A model generated the notes under the pieces. The model worked only from the letters and a program-made list of their open reading frames with translations. It was not told where the DNA came from and did no database searches. Both the position numbers and the translations under genes were made by a program. Positions 49,025 through 58,989 of a stretch of DNA of 64,000 nt are shown in pieces. Positions within the stretch are counted from its first letter, which is position 1. Each line of letters opens with the position of its first letter. This DNA is from Candidatus Campbellbacteria bacterium (GTDB lineage: Bacteria > Patescibacteriota > Minisyncoccia > Phycocordibacterales > EsbW-18), in the NCBI GenBank assembly GCA_024653945.1, contig JANLIT010000003.1, forward strand, positions 162,936-226,935. The letters are read 5' to 3'.

Positions 49025-52000
49025 TTAATGTATACTGAAAATATACAACTCTGCACCTATGTCCCCAACGGATGCCGTGAGATCTTTGAGATTGGTGGAT
49101 TTTATGAGTGCTTCTTTGTGTTCTTCAATAAGTTTTTTGCCTTCTTCATTTGTCACAACAGAAAGTGTTGGTGTGTCAGACGCGGTCAAACCTGATGTCT
49201 TTCTAAAGTCCTGAATAGCACGCATCAAATCACGCACATCACCTTCTTTTTTCAACTCGGGCGTTACCGCCGTATCAAGTTCAACATCCCAGCCCGTATC
49301 TTCTTTAAACAATACCTCTTTTACGTTTACTTCGTCGGAAATCAAAGCAACCAGTTCTGGAAATTTCTGCAGTGTGAGATTTCCTCCACGAAGCGAAAGT
49401 GATGCGAGTGGCTGACGAACCTTAATTCCCGCAGACATGCGAGCTTCAAGTGCCCGTGAAGCAACATCCCGTATCTTTTGCATGCCCGTAATAATCTTTT
49501 CTGGTTTGTTTTTTACTGTTTTGGTATACGAAGGCCACTCCTCTAGGTGCACACTTTCCAATTCACCCCCCGCTGAGCTGTACATTTCCTCAGCAAAAAA
49601 TGGAGTGAACGGCGCCATTGCTGTGGCAAGTGTTTTGAGCACGTGTCTCGTTGTTCCCAACGCATGTGCTTTATCCTCTGCATCATCTGATTTAAATCTA
49701 TCTCGTGACCGACGAATATACCACGTAGAGAAATCTTGAATAAAATCTTTAATTGCCCGCGTGGGCTCAAATGTGTGGTAGGTGTTGAGACCTTCCGTTA
49801 CTTCCGTGAGTAGTTCATCGAGTCGGCTCAAAATCCACACATCAAGTACATGCTTTGATATTTGATATTTGATATTTGATATTGGTGTCTCTTCTTTATA
49901 CATCTCATAAAACTTCACCACGTTGCGCGCAATCATAAATACCTTCTTGGATACTTCGTCCACCGTCTTTTCATCAAAGTTTTTTGTATCACCCGGCTGA
50001 TTAACGGAGTACATCCAAAAACGAATAACATCCACGCCATGTTTTGCCATCGCCTCCCATGGATTAATGACGTTCCCAATTGATTTACTCATCTTCTTAC
50101 CTTGAGCATCCAAAATGTGCCCAAGACAAATGACGTTCTCAAACGCTCGTCCCTTCCCCATGAGCACACCGACGGCGTGCAGTGTATAAAACCATCCGCG
50201 TGTTTGATCAATTGCTTCAGAAATGTACTGCGCAGGATAGCCTTTTCCATCAACCCACTTCTCGTTTTCAAACGGGTAGTGATCTTGTGCAAATGGCATT
50301 GAGCCAGAATCAAACCACACATCCATTACTTCTGGTGTGCGTTTCATCTCAAATTCGCACTTTGGACATACAACGGGCACTTCATCAATGTATGGTTTGT
50401 GTAAATCAATATCGTACGAAGCGTTGTGTGGAAGCGGCACAAAAGCAACGGGTACTGCACAAGCGAGTTCCGGATCGGGCGACGTCAGTAAATGCTCGGC
50501 CCGTTTGTCGTCGGCGCCTTCCAAAATCGCCGAAATGGTAGGAAACGCAACGCCGTGCGTTACCACGATGACGTGTGTGTGTTCATGTTGAGAATCAATG
50601 TCATACAAAAACTCTGAAAAACGACGACGTACATCCAAATAACTCTCCCCGTTTGGAAGTTTATCACCATACTTCAGTCCGTTGGTTTTTCTATACAAAT
50701 AAACGTCGTGGTGTGGTTTTGTATTGAAATCACCATACTTAAGCTCTTGTATCCGTTCGTCAACAACAACCGCATCTGCCACAAGGCCGAGTTCTTGTGC
50801 AATGATGTCGGCGGTCTCCCGTGTACGCACGAAAGGCGACGTGTAGATTTTTGTTACACCCTCTTTCTTTATTTTTCTGCTCACGTGCATGACCTGCTCC
50901 TTTCCTTTTTCGGTCAAATGGTCTGGAGCATTCGGGTCTGCACTCGCGATATCCAAAATATTATTGTTGGCCTCTCCGTGCCGAACAAAGGTAAACGTAT
51001 TTCCGCGTGATTTCGTTATTTTTTTGAGGTGCTCAATAGACCCAACCACCTCTGTGTGGTGGCAGTGTTCGCAGTTCCAGACAGGAAGTGGTGTGCCCCA
51101 GTAGCGGTCGCGAGAAAATGCCCAATCCTTCACTTCGCGTAGCCATTCTCCAAAACGTCCTTCTTTAATGTGTTCTGGTACCCAGTTAATTTTTTTGTTC
51201 TCCTTCACCAAATCATCCCTCAATTCCGACATGCGGATGTACCACGAATCACGGGCGTAATAAATCAGCGCCGTGTGGCAACGCCAGCAATGTGGGTATG
51301 GATGTTCAAATTTCTCTCTCTTAAAAAGAAGACTACTGGGCTTGCGCGCTAAAAGGTCTTTAATGACCTCAACGGCCGTGGACTCATCACGTACAAACAA
51401 ACCTTCGTATAATCCCGTACCCTTCACAAGGTGCCCTGTCTCATCAACGAGATGCCACTTTGGCAAACTAACTTTGTTACCCAATTCAAAGTCCTCCTGT
51501 CCGTACATAACCGCTGTGTGCACAATGCCCGTACCGTCTGTCGTCGTCACAAAATCTGCTGGATACACCTTATATGCATTTCCTATTTTTTCTTTTTCTG
51601 GACCAGAAATAAGGTTTTCAAGAAATGGGAAGAGTGGTTCGTAGGAGAGACCAACCAAATCTTTGCCCTTTAGTGGAGTACTCAGACCATCTTCAATATA
51701 TGGCATCCTTGTATCCTTACCCCCATATTTGAAATCACTTCCAATAGGATCAAATAGTGGGTGTTTATTATCTTCTACCGCCTTGTCAAAAATTTCTTTA
51801 GAAAGAATTAAAAACTCTCCCCGTAGAAAGATTTTTACATAATCAATGTCCTCTCCAACAGCAAGTCCGACGTTTCCTAAGAGCGTCCACGGTGTTGTTG
51901 TCCATGCGAGAAGATACGTATTTTCTTCTCCGACAACTTTAAACTTCACATACACCGAAATATCCTTCACATCTTCATACCCCTGCGCAAGTTCATGACT

Positions 52001-52582
52001 TGAAAGTGCTGTACCACAACGCGGACACCAGGGGAGGACTTTGTAATCTTTATACAAAAGATTCTGTTTGTGTACATGTGCAACAATACTCCACAATGAT
52101 TCCATGTAACTTGGATAGTACGTAACGTATGCGTCATCTAAATCAACCCAGTACCCCATACGCTGTGTAAACAAACTCCACTCGTCAATATATTTCCAGA
52201 CACTTTCTTTACACTTTTCATTAAACTGTGCGATGCCGTATTCCTCAATTTGTTTCTTTAGTGTAAAACCGAGTTGTTTTTCAACTTCAATTTCAACAGG
52301 AAGGCCGTGGGTGTCCCAACCCGCTTTTCGACGCACGTGAAAGCCGCGCATCGTTTTGTACCGAGGAATAACGTCTTTAAATGCCCGCGAAATAAGATGG
52401 TGAATTCCAGGACGGCCATTTGCCGTTGGTGGGCCTTCATAAAACACGAACTCTCCCTCTGGAGATTCTTTTGCAAGCGTTTTTTGGAAAATACCCTTTT
52501 CCTGCCAGTGTTGTAGTATTTCCTCCTCCTTTTTCGCCACATCACTTTTTTCGTACTCTTCATGTGCCATAGCAACCATCAT
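49025..52582 (-). CDS. ileS: isoleucyl-tRNA synthetase with an inserted histidine phosphatase (PGAM-like) domain
   Basis: 1185 aa; HIGH-like PPTANGRPGIHH, WTTTPWTL, KMSKS (GKKMSKSIGNV); ~180-aa insertion between the Zn-knuckle (..PLPVWNCEHCHH..) and ..DVWFDSGS.. carrying RHGE (FVRHGEANNN), SPFVRTRETA and VIVVTHG histidine-phosphatase motifs. Confidence 0.85.
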   Translation of the reverse strand: MMVAMAHEEYEKSDVAKKEEEILQHWQEKGIFQKTLAKESPEGEFVFYEGPPTANGRPGIHHLISRAFKDVIPRYKTMRGFHVRRKAGWDTHGLPVEIEVEKQLGFTLKKQIEEYGIAQFNEKCKESVWKYIDEWSLFTQRMGYWVDLDDAYVTYYPSYMESLWSIVAHVHKQNLLYKDYKVLPWCPRCGTALSSHELAQGYEDVKDISVYVKFKVVGEENTYLLAWTTTPWTLLGNVGLAVGEDIDYVKIFLRGEFLILSKEIFDKAVEDNKHPLFDPIGSDFKYGGKDTRMPYIEDGLSTPLKGKDLVGLSYEPLFPFLENLISGPEKEKIGNAYKVYPADFVTTTDGTGIVHTAVMYGQEDFELGNKVSLPKWHLVDETGHLVKGTGLYEGLFVRDESTAVEVIKDLLARKPSSLLFKREKFEHPYPHCWRCHTALIYYARDSWYIRMSELRDDLVKENKKINWVPEHIKEGRFGEWLREVKDWAFSRDRYWGTPLPVWNCEHCHHTEVVGSIEHLKKITKSRGNTFTFVRHGEANNNILDIASADPNAPDHLTEKGKEQVMHVSRKIKKEGVTKIYTSPFVRTRETADIIAQELGLVADAVVVDERIQELKYGDFNTKPHHDVYLYRKTNGLKYGDKLPNGESYLDVRRRFSEFLYDIDSQHEHTHVIVVTHGVAFPTISAILEGADDKRAEHLLTSPDPELACAVPVAFVPLPHNASYDIDLHKPYIDEVPVVCPKCEFEMKRTPEVMDVWFDSGSMPFAQDHYPFENEKWVDGKGYPAQYISEAIDQTRGWFYTLHAVGVLMGKGRAFENVICLGHILDAQGKKMSKSIGNVINPWEAMAKHGVDVIRFWMYSVNQPGDTKNFDEKTVDEVSKKVFMIARNVVKFYEMYKEETPISNIKYQISKHVLDVWILSRLDELLTEVTEGLNTYHTFEPTRAIKDFIQDFSTWYIRRSRDRFKSDDAEDKAHALGTTRHVLKTLATAMAPFTPFFAEEMYSSAGGELESVHLEEWPSYTKTVKNKPEKIITGMQKIRDVASRALEARMSAGIKVRQPLASLSLRGGNLTLQKFPELVALISDEVNVKEVLFKEDTGWDVELDTAVTPELKKEGDVRDLMRAIQDFRKTSGLTASDTPTLSVVTNEEGKKLIEEHKEALIKSTNLKDLTASVGDIGAELYIFSIH

Positions 52583-52628
52583 AGCAAAGAGAGCGTCTTT
52601 TTAAAACGTATGAGGAGAACCAAAAAAT

Positions 52629-53528
52629 CTAATCCTTCTTTGGAAAATGTTTTGTGTGTACCCCTTTTTTGATTGTTTCAAGAATGCGGTCAACACCCTC
52701 TACAGAAGTTGAGAGCTCTTTAATTACTCCGCGTAATACAGTCTCTTGGTCTGGGGTAATGTTTTCACGAGATGCAATGTCTCCTATTTTTGGCAATACA
52801 TCTGTCAGCGGTAATCTAACGTATTCAGTAAGAAGAGATGCGGTGTTGGCGTGTGAAGTGAGTATTTCTTTTTCTTTTCTGCGAACACGAAGGCCTGTGT
52901 ATACGATGATAAACATGATAAATGTGAGAAGTGCTGGAGTAGCAGTGCCAAATAAGACATGCGTGTAAAACATCCGTGCGTCTATGTATACACCAAGTCC
53001 CGCCACAACCTTTCCATTTTCATCTTTGATTGGTGCAATACCCGCTACCCACGTTCCCCACCGGTCTTCTTTTGGACCCTCAGTAAAAGGCAGACCTGTT
53101 TGAAATAGTTTCTCAAATTGTATTGTTGCCTCTGGATATTTGTCCCCCGGTGGTGAGTAGTCCGGCGAGGCGGGGTCCTCAGAATCTAAATAGATGAAAA
53201 CATTTTCATTTTTATTACCAAAAATATAGACGAACCTCACATCCTCATTAACACTCCGTATTTTTTGTAAACGTGCCTTTAAATTTATATATACTGGACT
53301 GGCAAGGTCACTGGCGTCCCCTTTCAGAGAAAGAATGTCCGAAACGTCAATACTTGCCGCTATCGTCTCTGCACGACTGTACAAAGATATGAATTCTGAA
53401 TACCAATACAACCGGAGCGCGAGAAGGGTTCCAAGAACTCCGACACAAAGAATGGCGACGAGAACGCCACGGTGAATCGCGTGAAGCGAGCTAATCCGTT
53501 TTTTGTTTTGTAATGTATTCATATACAA
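52629..53528 (-). CDS. two-TM membrane protein with extracytoplasmic sensor-like domain (no output domain)
   Basis: 299 aa; TM near N-terminus and at ~200, extracytoplasmic domain between. Confidence 0.4.
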   Translation of the reverse strand: MYMNTLQNKKRISSLHAIHRGVLVAILCVGVLGTLLALRLYWYSEFISLYSRAETIAASIDVSDILSLKGDASDLASPVYINLKARLQKIRSVNEDVRFVYIFGNKNENVFIYLDSEDPASPDYSPPGDKYPEATIQFEKLFQTGLPFTEGPKEDRWGTWVAGIAPIKDENGKVVAGLGVYIDARMFYTHVLFGTATPALLTFIMFIIVYTGLRVRRKEKEILTSHANTASLLTEYVRLPLTDVLPKIGDIASRENITPDQETVLRGVIKELSTSVEGVDRILETIKKGVHTKHFPKKD

Positions 53529-53531
53529 CTA

Positions 53532-54629
53532 TTATGAACCACTTTTTGTTGGTTCTTTATAATTTTCATGGTCGTGTTCGTACACACGGCGAAGTAATAT
53601 CATTTCAAACACGAGAAGTCCGACGACACCAAGAATGAGGAGAATAATCACCATTAAGAGCATCTCTGGAATACCGATACCCCCCACTGTTACCTCAAAC
53701 GCCTGCGTCGGTGGTGTTTCTACACCTTCCACAACCGCTCCAAGCCAAAATTGATACGGAATACCCCGCAGTGATCCACCCAGACCCGAAAGCACCGTTG
53801 CCTGCAAAAGAGGCACGAGATTCTTCGTTGAACCATACCGATATGAAAAGTTGCCCGCCTCATCACTTGCTATAGTGTACTGTTTTGGGTCACCACTTGA
53901 AAGTTTAAGCCAGATATTAACTTTCGCATTTGGATATGTTACTCCTTGTACAAAGAAATCTGCCAGATTTTTCGGACGGTTTGTATATCCCGTAATCACC
54001 GGTGGACGAAGTGAGCTAAGTACTAATGAAGATTGGTCCAGTGGGAGCTCTGTCTTTCCATCGGTGCCACGAACAATGGGAGATGAAATACCTGAAATTT
54101 CATATCGCGCATCAGCGAGCGTTTCCAAAATATTTGTTCCAAATCCGTCATTGGCAAGTGTCAGTCCTGAAGAAAAAGCGATGACCGGCGAACCCGTTCC
54201 TAACACCTCAAAGTACACAGTCAATACTTTTCCACGCCCAGAAAAACCAGGATTTAACACCAATCCTTCAAATGAAATTTCCGACCTCTCCGCAGAAATA
54301 CTTGGCTGTTGTATCCAGAGCGTTACAATTGAATCGTTCTTTTTTACTGATGTGGGTTTTACCACTCCTTCCGGAAACTCTAGTGTCCCTGAAATCGCAT
54401 TTATTGTTTTGCCGTCAGTATCAACAATAACGTCAACGGGGATAATTGACCCAACTGCGTACGTTCCACTGCTTGGGTTAAGAAACAACGACGAAGCACG
54501 CGCCATAGAAACTGGTGTGAGAACACTAAACAGAAGAAATAATATTGGGAGAATACTAATTATTCTCGAATCTTTTTGTCCGAGAGAGCCTTGCATAGCG
54601 ATGATGTTTGCGTCGGATGAAGACCACAA
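53532..54629 (-). CDS. secreted beta-rich protein with C-terminal TM anchor (paralog of 54556..55446; candidate cohesin-like)
   Basis: 365 aa; signal peptide, ..DTDGKTINAISGTLEFP.. module, C-terminal hydrophobic anchor. Confidence 0.4.
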   Translation of the reverse strand: MWSSSDANIIAMQGSLGQKDSRIISILPILFLLFSVLTPVSMARASSLFLNPSSGTYAVGSIIPVDVIVDTDGKTINAISGTLEFPEGVVKPTSVKKNDSIVTLWIQQPSISAERSEISFEGLVLNPGFSGRGKVLTVYFEVLGTGSPVIAFSSGLTLANDGFGTNILETLADARYEISGISSPIVRGTDGKTELPLDQSSLVLSSLRPPVITGYTNRPKNLADFFVQGVTYPNAKVNIWLKLSSGDPKQYTIASDEAGNFSYRYGSTKNLVPLLQATVLSGLGGSLRGIPYQFWLGAVVEGVETPPTQAFEVTVGGIGIPEMLLMVIILLILGVVGLLVFEMILLRRVYEHDHENYKEPTKSGS

Positions 54630-55446
54630 TCAATAATAACACTAGTGCTAGAAATACCAGAGTATACAGTGAGCGTTCAAGGGGAGAACGCAGATCCCCG
54701 TCATACCGCACAATAGTGCTATTTCCTGCGTTGTCATACGCCCGCACAAAAATATACTTCGTTTTTGTATCGGAAAGAACAAATGGGCTCTGTGCGAGAG
54801 TCCACAATAACTCGCTCGGTGTATCGTTCTCTGTTTCTTGTACTTCGTAGTAGCTCATACCACTCTGTTCATCGTGTGTTGCAAAAATAACAACCCGTTT
54901 TCCTTCAAACGACGCGTCGTCTTCAACAAGCACGATTGAAAAAGACTCTGGCGGTGTAGTGTCAGGTACAGTCACAGTGATTGGTTCGTTTCCGATACGC
55001 GTAACAATATCAATAGTGTTTTCTTGCACGCGTGCTTTTTGAGCCGTCCCTTCCCCGTCGTGAAGAAATACCGTGAATGTAGGAACACGTAGAGACGCAA
55101 CACCCTCACGAACTCCCGTTACCTCTATTTGGGCGATGATTCCCTTCCCTATAAAACCACCTGGAATAATCCCAGAAAAATGAACAATCCCCTCTTTGAT
55201 TGATGGTGTCTCCGTCCAAAAACTAATAACAGAGTTCGCATCTTGCACACTGTTAATAGTGAGAAATTCTTGAGGTAGTGCGACATCACCCTCAATAGTG
55301 TTTATCTGCTCTCCTTCTGTATCAAGAGAAACGGAGATTAATTGTGTGCCTCCTACAAAAACCGAACCAGTTGACTCAATAGTAACAACTGTTGCCGAAG
55401 CAAGAAGTGGACTGAGAAGAAAAATAAGTGTAAGAAGTGATTTCAT
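54556..55446 (-). CDS. secreted beta-rich protein with C-terminal TM anchor (paralog of 53532..54629)
   Basis: 296 aa; signal peptide, ..DTEGEQINTIEGDVALP.. module, C-terminal anchor; overlaps the neighbouring ORF by ~70 bp (alternative starts possible). Confidence 0.4.
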   Translation of the reverse strand: MKSLLTLIFLLSPLLASATVVTIESTGSVFVGGTQLISVSLDTEGEQINTIEGDVALPQEFLTINSVQDANSVISFWTETPSIKEGIVHFSGIIPGGFIGKGIIAQIEVTGVREGVASLRVPTFTVFLHDGEGTAQKARVQENTIDIVTRIGNEPITVTVPDTTPPESFSIVLVEDDASFEGKRVVIFATHDEQSGMSYYEVQETENDTPSELLWTLAQSPFVLSDTKTKYIFVRAYDNAGNSTIVRYDGDLRSPLERSLYTLVFLALVLLLIVVFIRRKHHRYARLSRTKRFENN

Positions 55447-55455
55447 ATTATAGGA

Positions 55456-56736
55456 TTATCCTGTCCAGAAGAATGTGAGAATACTAAAGTCCGCAAGTGT
55501 AATTTCTCCGTCACTATTTAAATCAAACCGTGCTGGCACATTTTCTCTGTCATGCCAGTACGCAAGTATTGAAAAATCGGTCAGATTGACACGACCATTG
55601 TTATTAAAATCACCTCGGAGTACACGTGGTCCGTACTCATCAACAAATTTTAGCGCAACACCAAATGGACTTCGCATATCCCCTACCGCCGCGAGTGAGC
55701 GTAATGTTGTTTGCACTTGTGTAAGAAATTCCTTTGAGAAAAAGAATTCATAGAATCCTGTGTTTGAAGCAGTTGCGGTGCGTGTCTCTGCCCCTGCACC
55801 ACCTCGAGTAATGGTCACCACAACCACTGAGTTTGGAAGTGTTGAACCAACAACGCGCACCGTGGACGTATCGTCAGTTTTTTCAAATGAAATAGTGGGA
55901 GGAAGAAAAATTCCCTGTAATGACACGAGTAACCGCCGTGTATAAAAAACAACTGGAAATGAAAGCACTCCTGATTTTACCCCCTCATTATCAACTCCGT
56001 AGAGTGTCATGTTGTATGAGCCAAACGGTATATCGCTCAATGTGATGAGAAATGTTCCGTTGTTAGCAACAGGTATCTCTCCAACTCGTACGCCATCACG
56101 GAGAACAAACACTGTTCCGTCTGGATGTGCAAACCCACCAATAGAAAGGGTTCCTGATGTTGCAGTTTGCACGGTGCCACTTGTCCCACCATCATCATCG
56201 TCACCAGGCTCAGGCGGACTCCCTGGTATTGCAAGACTTGCTGGCGACGACGTGCCGATTGCATTTCCAAATGCGTCGTTCACCACCGTTACAAAGTAGT
56301 ACGTGGTGCCAAGTGTAAGTCCTGTTGAAGTTGCCACAAGGTCTGTTCCAACAGGTGTGTATGAGTACGGCCCAGAAGAGTTTGTGCCAATACCGTGCGT
56401 ATAACTCCCCACACTCCACCCGAGGTATGCCTGCGCAGGAGTCCATGTCACCACAGCTGTGGAAGTTCCCACCAATGACGCCGTTAAAACCGGAGTTGTA
56501 ACGAAAGGAAAATATAAAAATCCAGAGCGAACCTCGTAGAGAGCAGATGTACTTGTTGCAATTGCGGGTTGCGACACACTTCCCCACAATCCAAAGCTCG
56601 TTGATGTACCATACCCGCTTGAGAACATCACCGGATCAAGAACACGATAGCTTGGTGATGTGTACTCATCTGCACGCACAAAAACTGCTGTAAATATCGT
56701 TCCACACAAAAGAAAAATGAAGAAAAACCTTTTCAC
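55456..56736 (-). CDS. secreted protein with C-terminal type I dockerin domain
   Basis: 426 aa; signal peptide; C-terminus GDFNNNGRVNLTDFSIL..DLNSDGEITLADFSIL = two dockerin Ca-binding repeats. Confidence 0.6.
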   Translation of the reverse strand: MKRFFFIFLLCGTIFTAVFVRADEYTSPSYRVLDPVMFSSGYGTSTSFGLWGSVSQPAIATSTSALYEVRSGFLYFPFVTTPVLTASLVGTSTAVVTWTPAQAYLGWSVGSYTHGIGTNSSGPYSYTPVGTDLVATSTGLTLGTTYYFVTVVNDAFGNAIGTSSPASLAIPGSPPEPGDDDDGGTSGTVQTATSGTLSIGGFAHPDGTVFVLRDGVRVGEIPVANNGTFLITLSDIPFGSYNMTLYGVDNEGVKSGVLSFPVVFYTRRLLVSLQGIFLPPTISFEKTDDTSTVRVVGSTLPNSVVVVTITRGGAGAETRTATASNTGFYEFFFSKEFLTQVQTTLRSLAAVGDMRSPFGVALKFVDEYGPRVLRGDFNNNGRVNLTDFSILAYWHDRENVPARFDLNSDGEITLADFSILTFFWTG

Positions 56737-56922
56737 AAAATAGCGCGGTTATTGTATTATCTCTAGGGTCACAGAGAATGGCTTCTTGTGCAGATTGGTA
56801 AATAAGCACTTTGTCCCCTTTTTTGCGTCTCTAAACGATTATGTGAGTACAAAAACCCCACATACCGATGTATTCAGTATATCACCCTACAAAATATCTG
56901 TGAGTGCTTATCCACGTCGTTT

Positions 56923-57438
56923 TTACTGGGATTCTTCGTTTGACCCGAGTGAGGCAACTTCAACAATAATATTTTCTGCAGGGTCATAGAGATACGCTTT
57001 TCGAGCAACCGCATAAAAAAGAACAATATTCCCCTCTTTTGCGTTTTTAAAAAAAGCCTGATCTTCAAGATTTGATGTATCACTCACCGTAGCAAGGACA
57101 GGCGTCTCTCCACTTGGCACATCAATGAGTTTCTGAACCCGTGCAACAACCTCTTTTGTTTTTTCTTCACTAAACGTCTGAGGATTTTGACGAAGCGAAT
57201 TCCATTCCTTATAAAAGTGTCCCGCTACACCAAATACACCGAGCAAAAGAATACAAAAGACAAGAAAAGTTATGCGAGAACGACCCTGAAGACGTCGTGG
57301 TTCATCCATCAATGAAGCCGAGCCTGAAATATCATATGTAGGTATTTGAGGTTCCTCAATAATTGTTGTTTCCGCACGAGTCGGAGCACGCATATCCATA
57401 TCATTATTTCTTTTTTTGGAGATTATTTTTCCTGCCAT
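56923..57438 (-). CDS. hypothetical membrane-anchored protein (tandem paralog of 57444..57863)
   Basis: 171 aa, shared ..QNPQ..ATVSD..KAYLYDP.. sequence. Confidence 0.45.
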   Translation of the reverse strand: MAGKIISKKRNNDMDMRAPTRAETTIIEEPQIPTYDISGSASLMDEPRRLQGRSRITFLVFCILLLGVFGVAGHFYKEWNSLRQNPQTFSEEKTKEVVARVQKLIDVPSGETPVLATVSDTSNLEDQAFFKNAKEGNIVLFYAVARKAYLYDPAENIIVEVASLGSNEESQ

Positions 57439-57443
57439 ACAGC

Positions 57444-57863
57444 TTATTCTGTTTCTCCAGATGCCGCTCCTGACGTGTTGTCTGAAACATCTACTGACTC
57501 TTCGAGTCCTGCATCGGTATTTACACTAATGGGCGCCACTTCAAGGATTCGATTAACAATCGGGTCATATAAATAGGCCTTCTGTGCCTTTGCATATATC
57601 AACACCTTGTCTCCTATTTTTGCTTTTGCAAAAAAAGGTTGGTCTTTAAGTTTTTCTGGGTCGCTTACTGTTGCAATAGTAGGAACTTCATCTTTTGGAA
57701 GAATGATGAGTTTTCCAACAACCTTAACGAGTTCCTCAGCCTCTTCTTCTGCCACAGCCTGAGGATTCTGTTTTAATGTTGCTACTTCTCGGTAAAAATA
57801 AAACGCTACACCAAGAGCACCGACAAATACAAAAACAAAAATTATTACAAAGGATTTTTTCAT
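57444..57863 (-). CDS. hypothetical membrane-anchored protein (tandem paralog)
   Basis: 139 aa. Confidence 0.45.
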   Translation of the reverse strand: MKKSFVIIFVFVFVGALGVAFYFYREVATLKQNPQAVAEEEAEELVKVVGKLIILPKDEVPTIATVSDPEKLKDQPFFAKAKIGDKVLIYAKAQKAYLYDPIVNRILEVAPISVNTDAGLEESVDVSDNTSGAASGETE

Positions 57864-57928
57864 ACAGGTATATCTATAATCCTATTATATAACGCATAGC
57901 GAGATGAACAAGAGTCCTTACATGCTTT

Positions 57929-58921
57929 TTAGTCTTGGCCATACTGTCTTTCTATCTCTTTATAAACAAATGTGGAGATGTCTTTAATTGCAGAAATAAG
58001 TTCTTGTGGATTTTCTCCACGAGTCATAATGCAGAGCATGTAAGGGTGATCTGGGAAGTAGACAACGCCACAATCATGGAATTGTTGGATATCATTAGTA
58101 ATTTTTCGCTCCCCAAATTTATGGGCAACGGTGATCTCCTCTGGAACTCCTGCACGAATTCCGCCTGTAAACGTGGTTTCGGTGAGTAATTTTAGGGCGT
58201 ACTCAGAGTGCGTCCGAGACAAAAAAGATGCATTAAAAAGAATGCGAAAAAAAATACTATAACGTCTCACTGAAAGTACTGCTTTTGGATCTGTAATAAG
58301 ACTGACATCAATACCAACCAATCGAAAGAGATCTTCCTGATATTTGCTTGGTAGACGATTATAGAGAAGGAGGAGGGCTTGGTTATCAGAATATCTAACC
58401 ATATTCTCAATGAGATCTTTCGCTGAGTACGTTTTTCCAATTTCAAGAGGGACAAGCGGAGCAAATTCTTGAGTAAATCCTAAGTCCATAGGTGTCTCAT
58501 ACAGAATCCTTTCTTCAAGTACATCTGGTTCATCTTCAGACCACTTAAGATATGCAATCATGACAGGAACCTTAAGAAGACTTGCTGGAGCATAGAGCTC
58601 CTGTTGATTTACACCAATCACAGGGCCGTTGTTTAAATCGCGGAAGTATACAGCGATATCGGAGATATTTGTTGATTCCTTTAATTCTTCAACAAAATCT
58701 TCCAGCTCTGGAGTAAAGTCCTCTTTACGAGAAGTGATTGTGGACACAGCAATCTCACACTCAAGAAGTGGGTTTGTAAGTTTTCCTCCCAAACGAAGTT
58801 CTGAGGAGAAATCGCTTAATTCTCTATTTGGAATAGTTTTTGAAATGTTACCCACAAAAAAACCAAGCACAAATAGAAGTACTCCACCAAGGTACATGAG
58901 GCTAATATTTGTTTTTTTCAC
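57929..58921 (-). CDS. serine hydrolase of the beta-lactamase/penicillin-binding fold (class A-like)
   Basis: 330 aa; N-terminal TM; S-x-x-K (ASLLK), SDN (RYSDNQA) and KTG-like (HKFGER) motifs. Confidence 0.55.
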   Translation of the reverse strand: MKKTNISLMYLGGVLLFVLGFFVGNISKTIPNRELSDFSSELRLGGKLTNPLLECEIAVSTITSRKEDFTPELEDFVEELKESTNISDIAVYFRDLNNGPVIGVNQQELYAPASLLKVPVMIAYLKWSEDEPDVLEERILYETPMDLGFTQEFAPLVPLEIGKTYSAKDLIENMVRYSDNQALLLLYNRLPSKYQEDLFRLVGIDVSLITDPKAVLSVRRYSIFFRILFNASFLSRTHSEYALKLLTETTFTGGIRAGVPEEITVAHKFGERKITNDIQQFHDCGVVYFPDHPYMLCIMTRGENPQELISAIKDISTFVYKEIERQYGQD

Positions 58922-58989
58922 ACAATAAGTATACGTGGTTTCCGCTCAAACAAAAACACCCCTTTCATGTGGGTGTTTTTGTTTATTTT

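Noticed and set aside
49025-52582. intein in ileS
   Set aside because: The inserted segment lacks intein splicing motifs (N-terminal Cys/Ser block, HNH/LAGLIDADG, terminal HN). It instead has RHGE/SPxxRTxxTA/THG histidine-phosphatase motifs.
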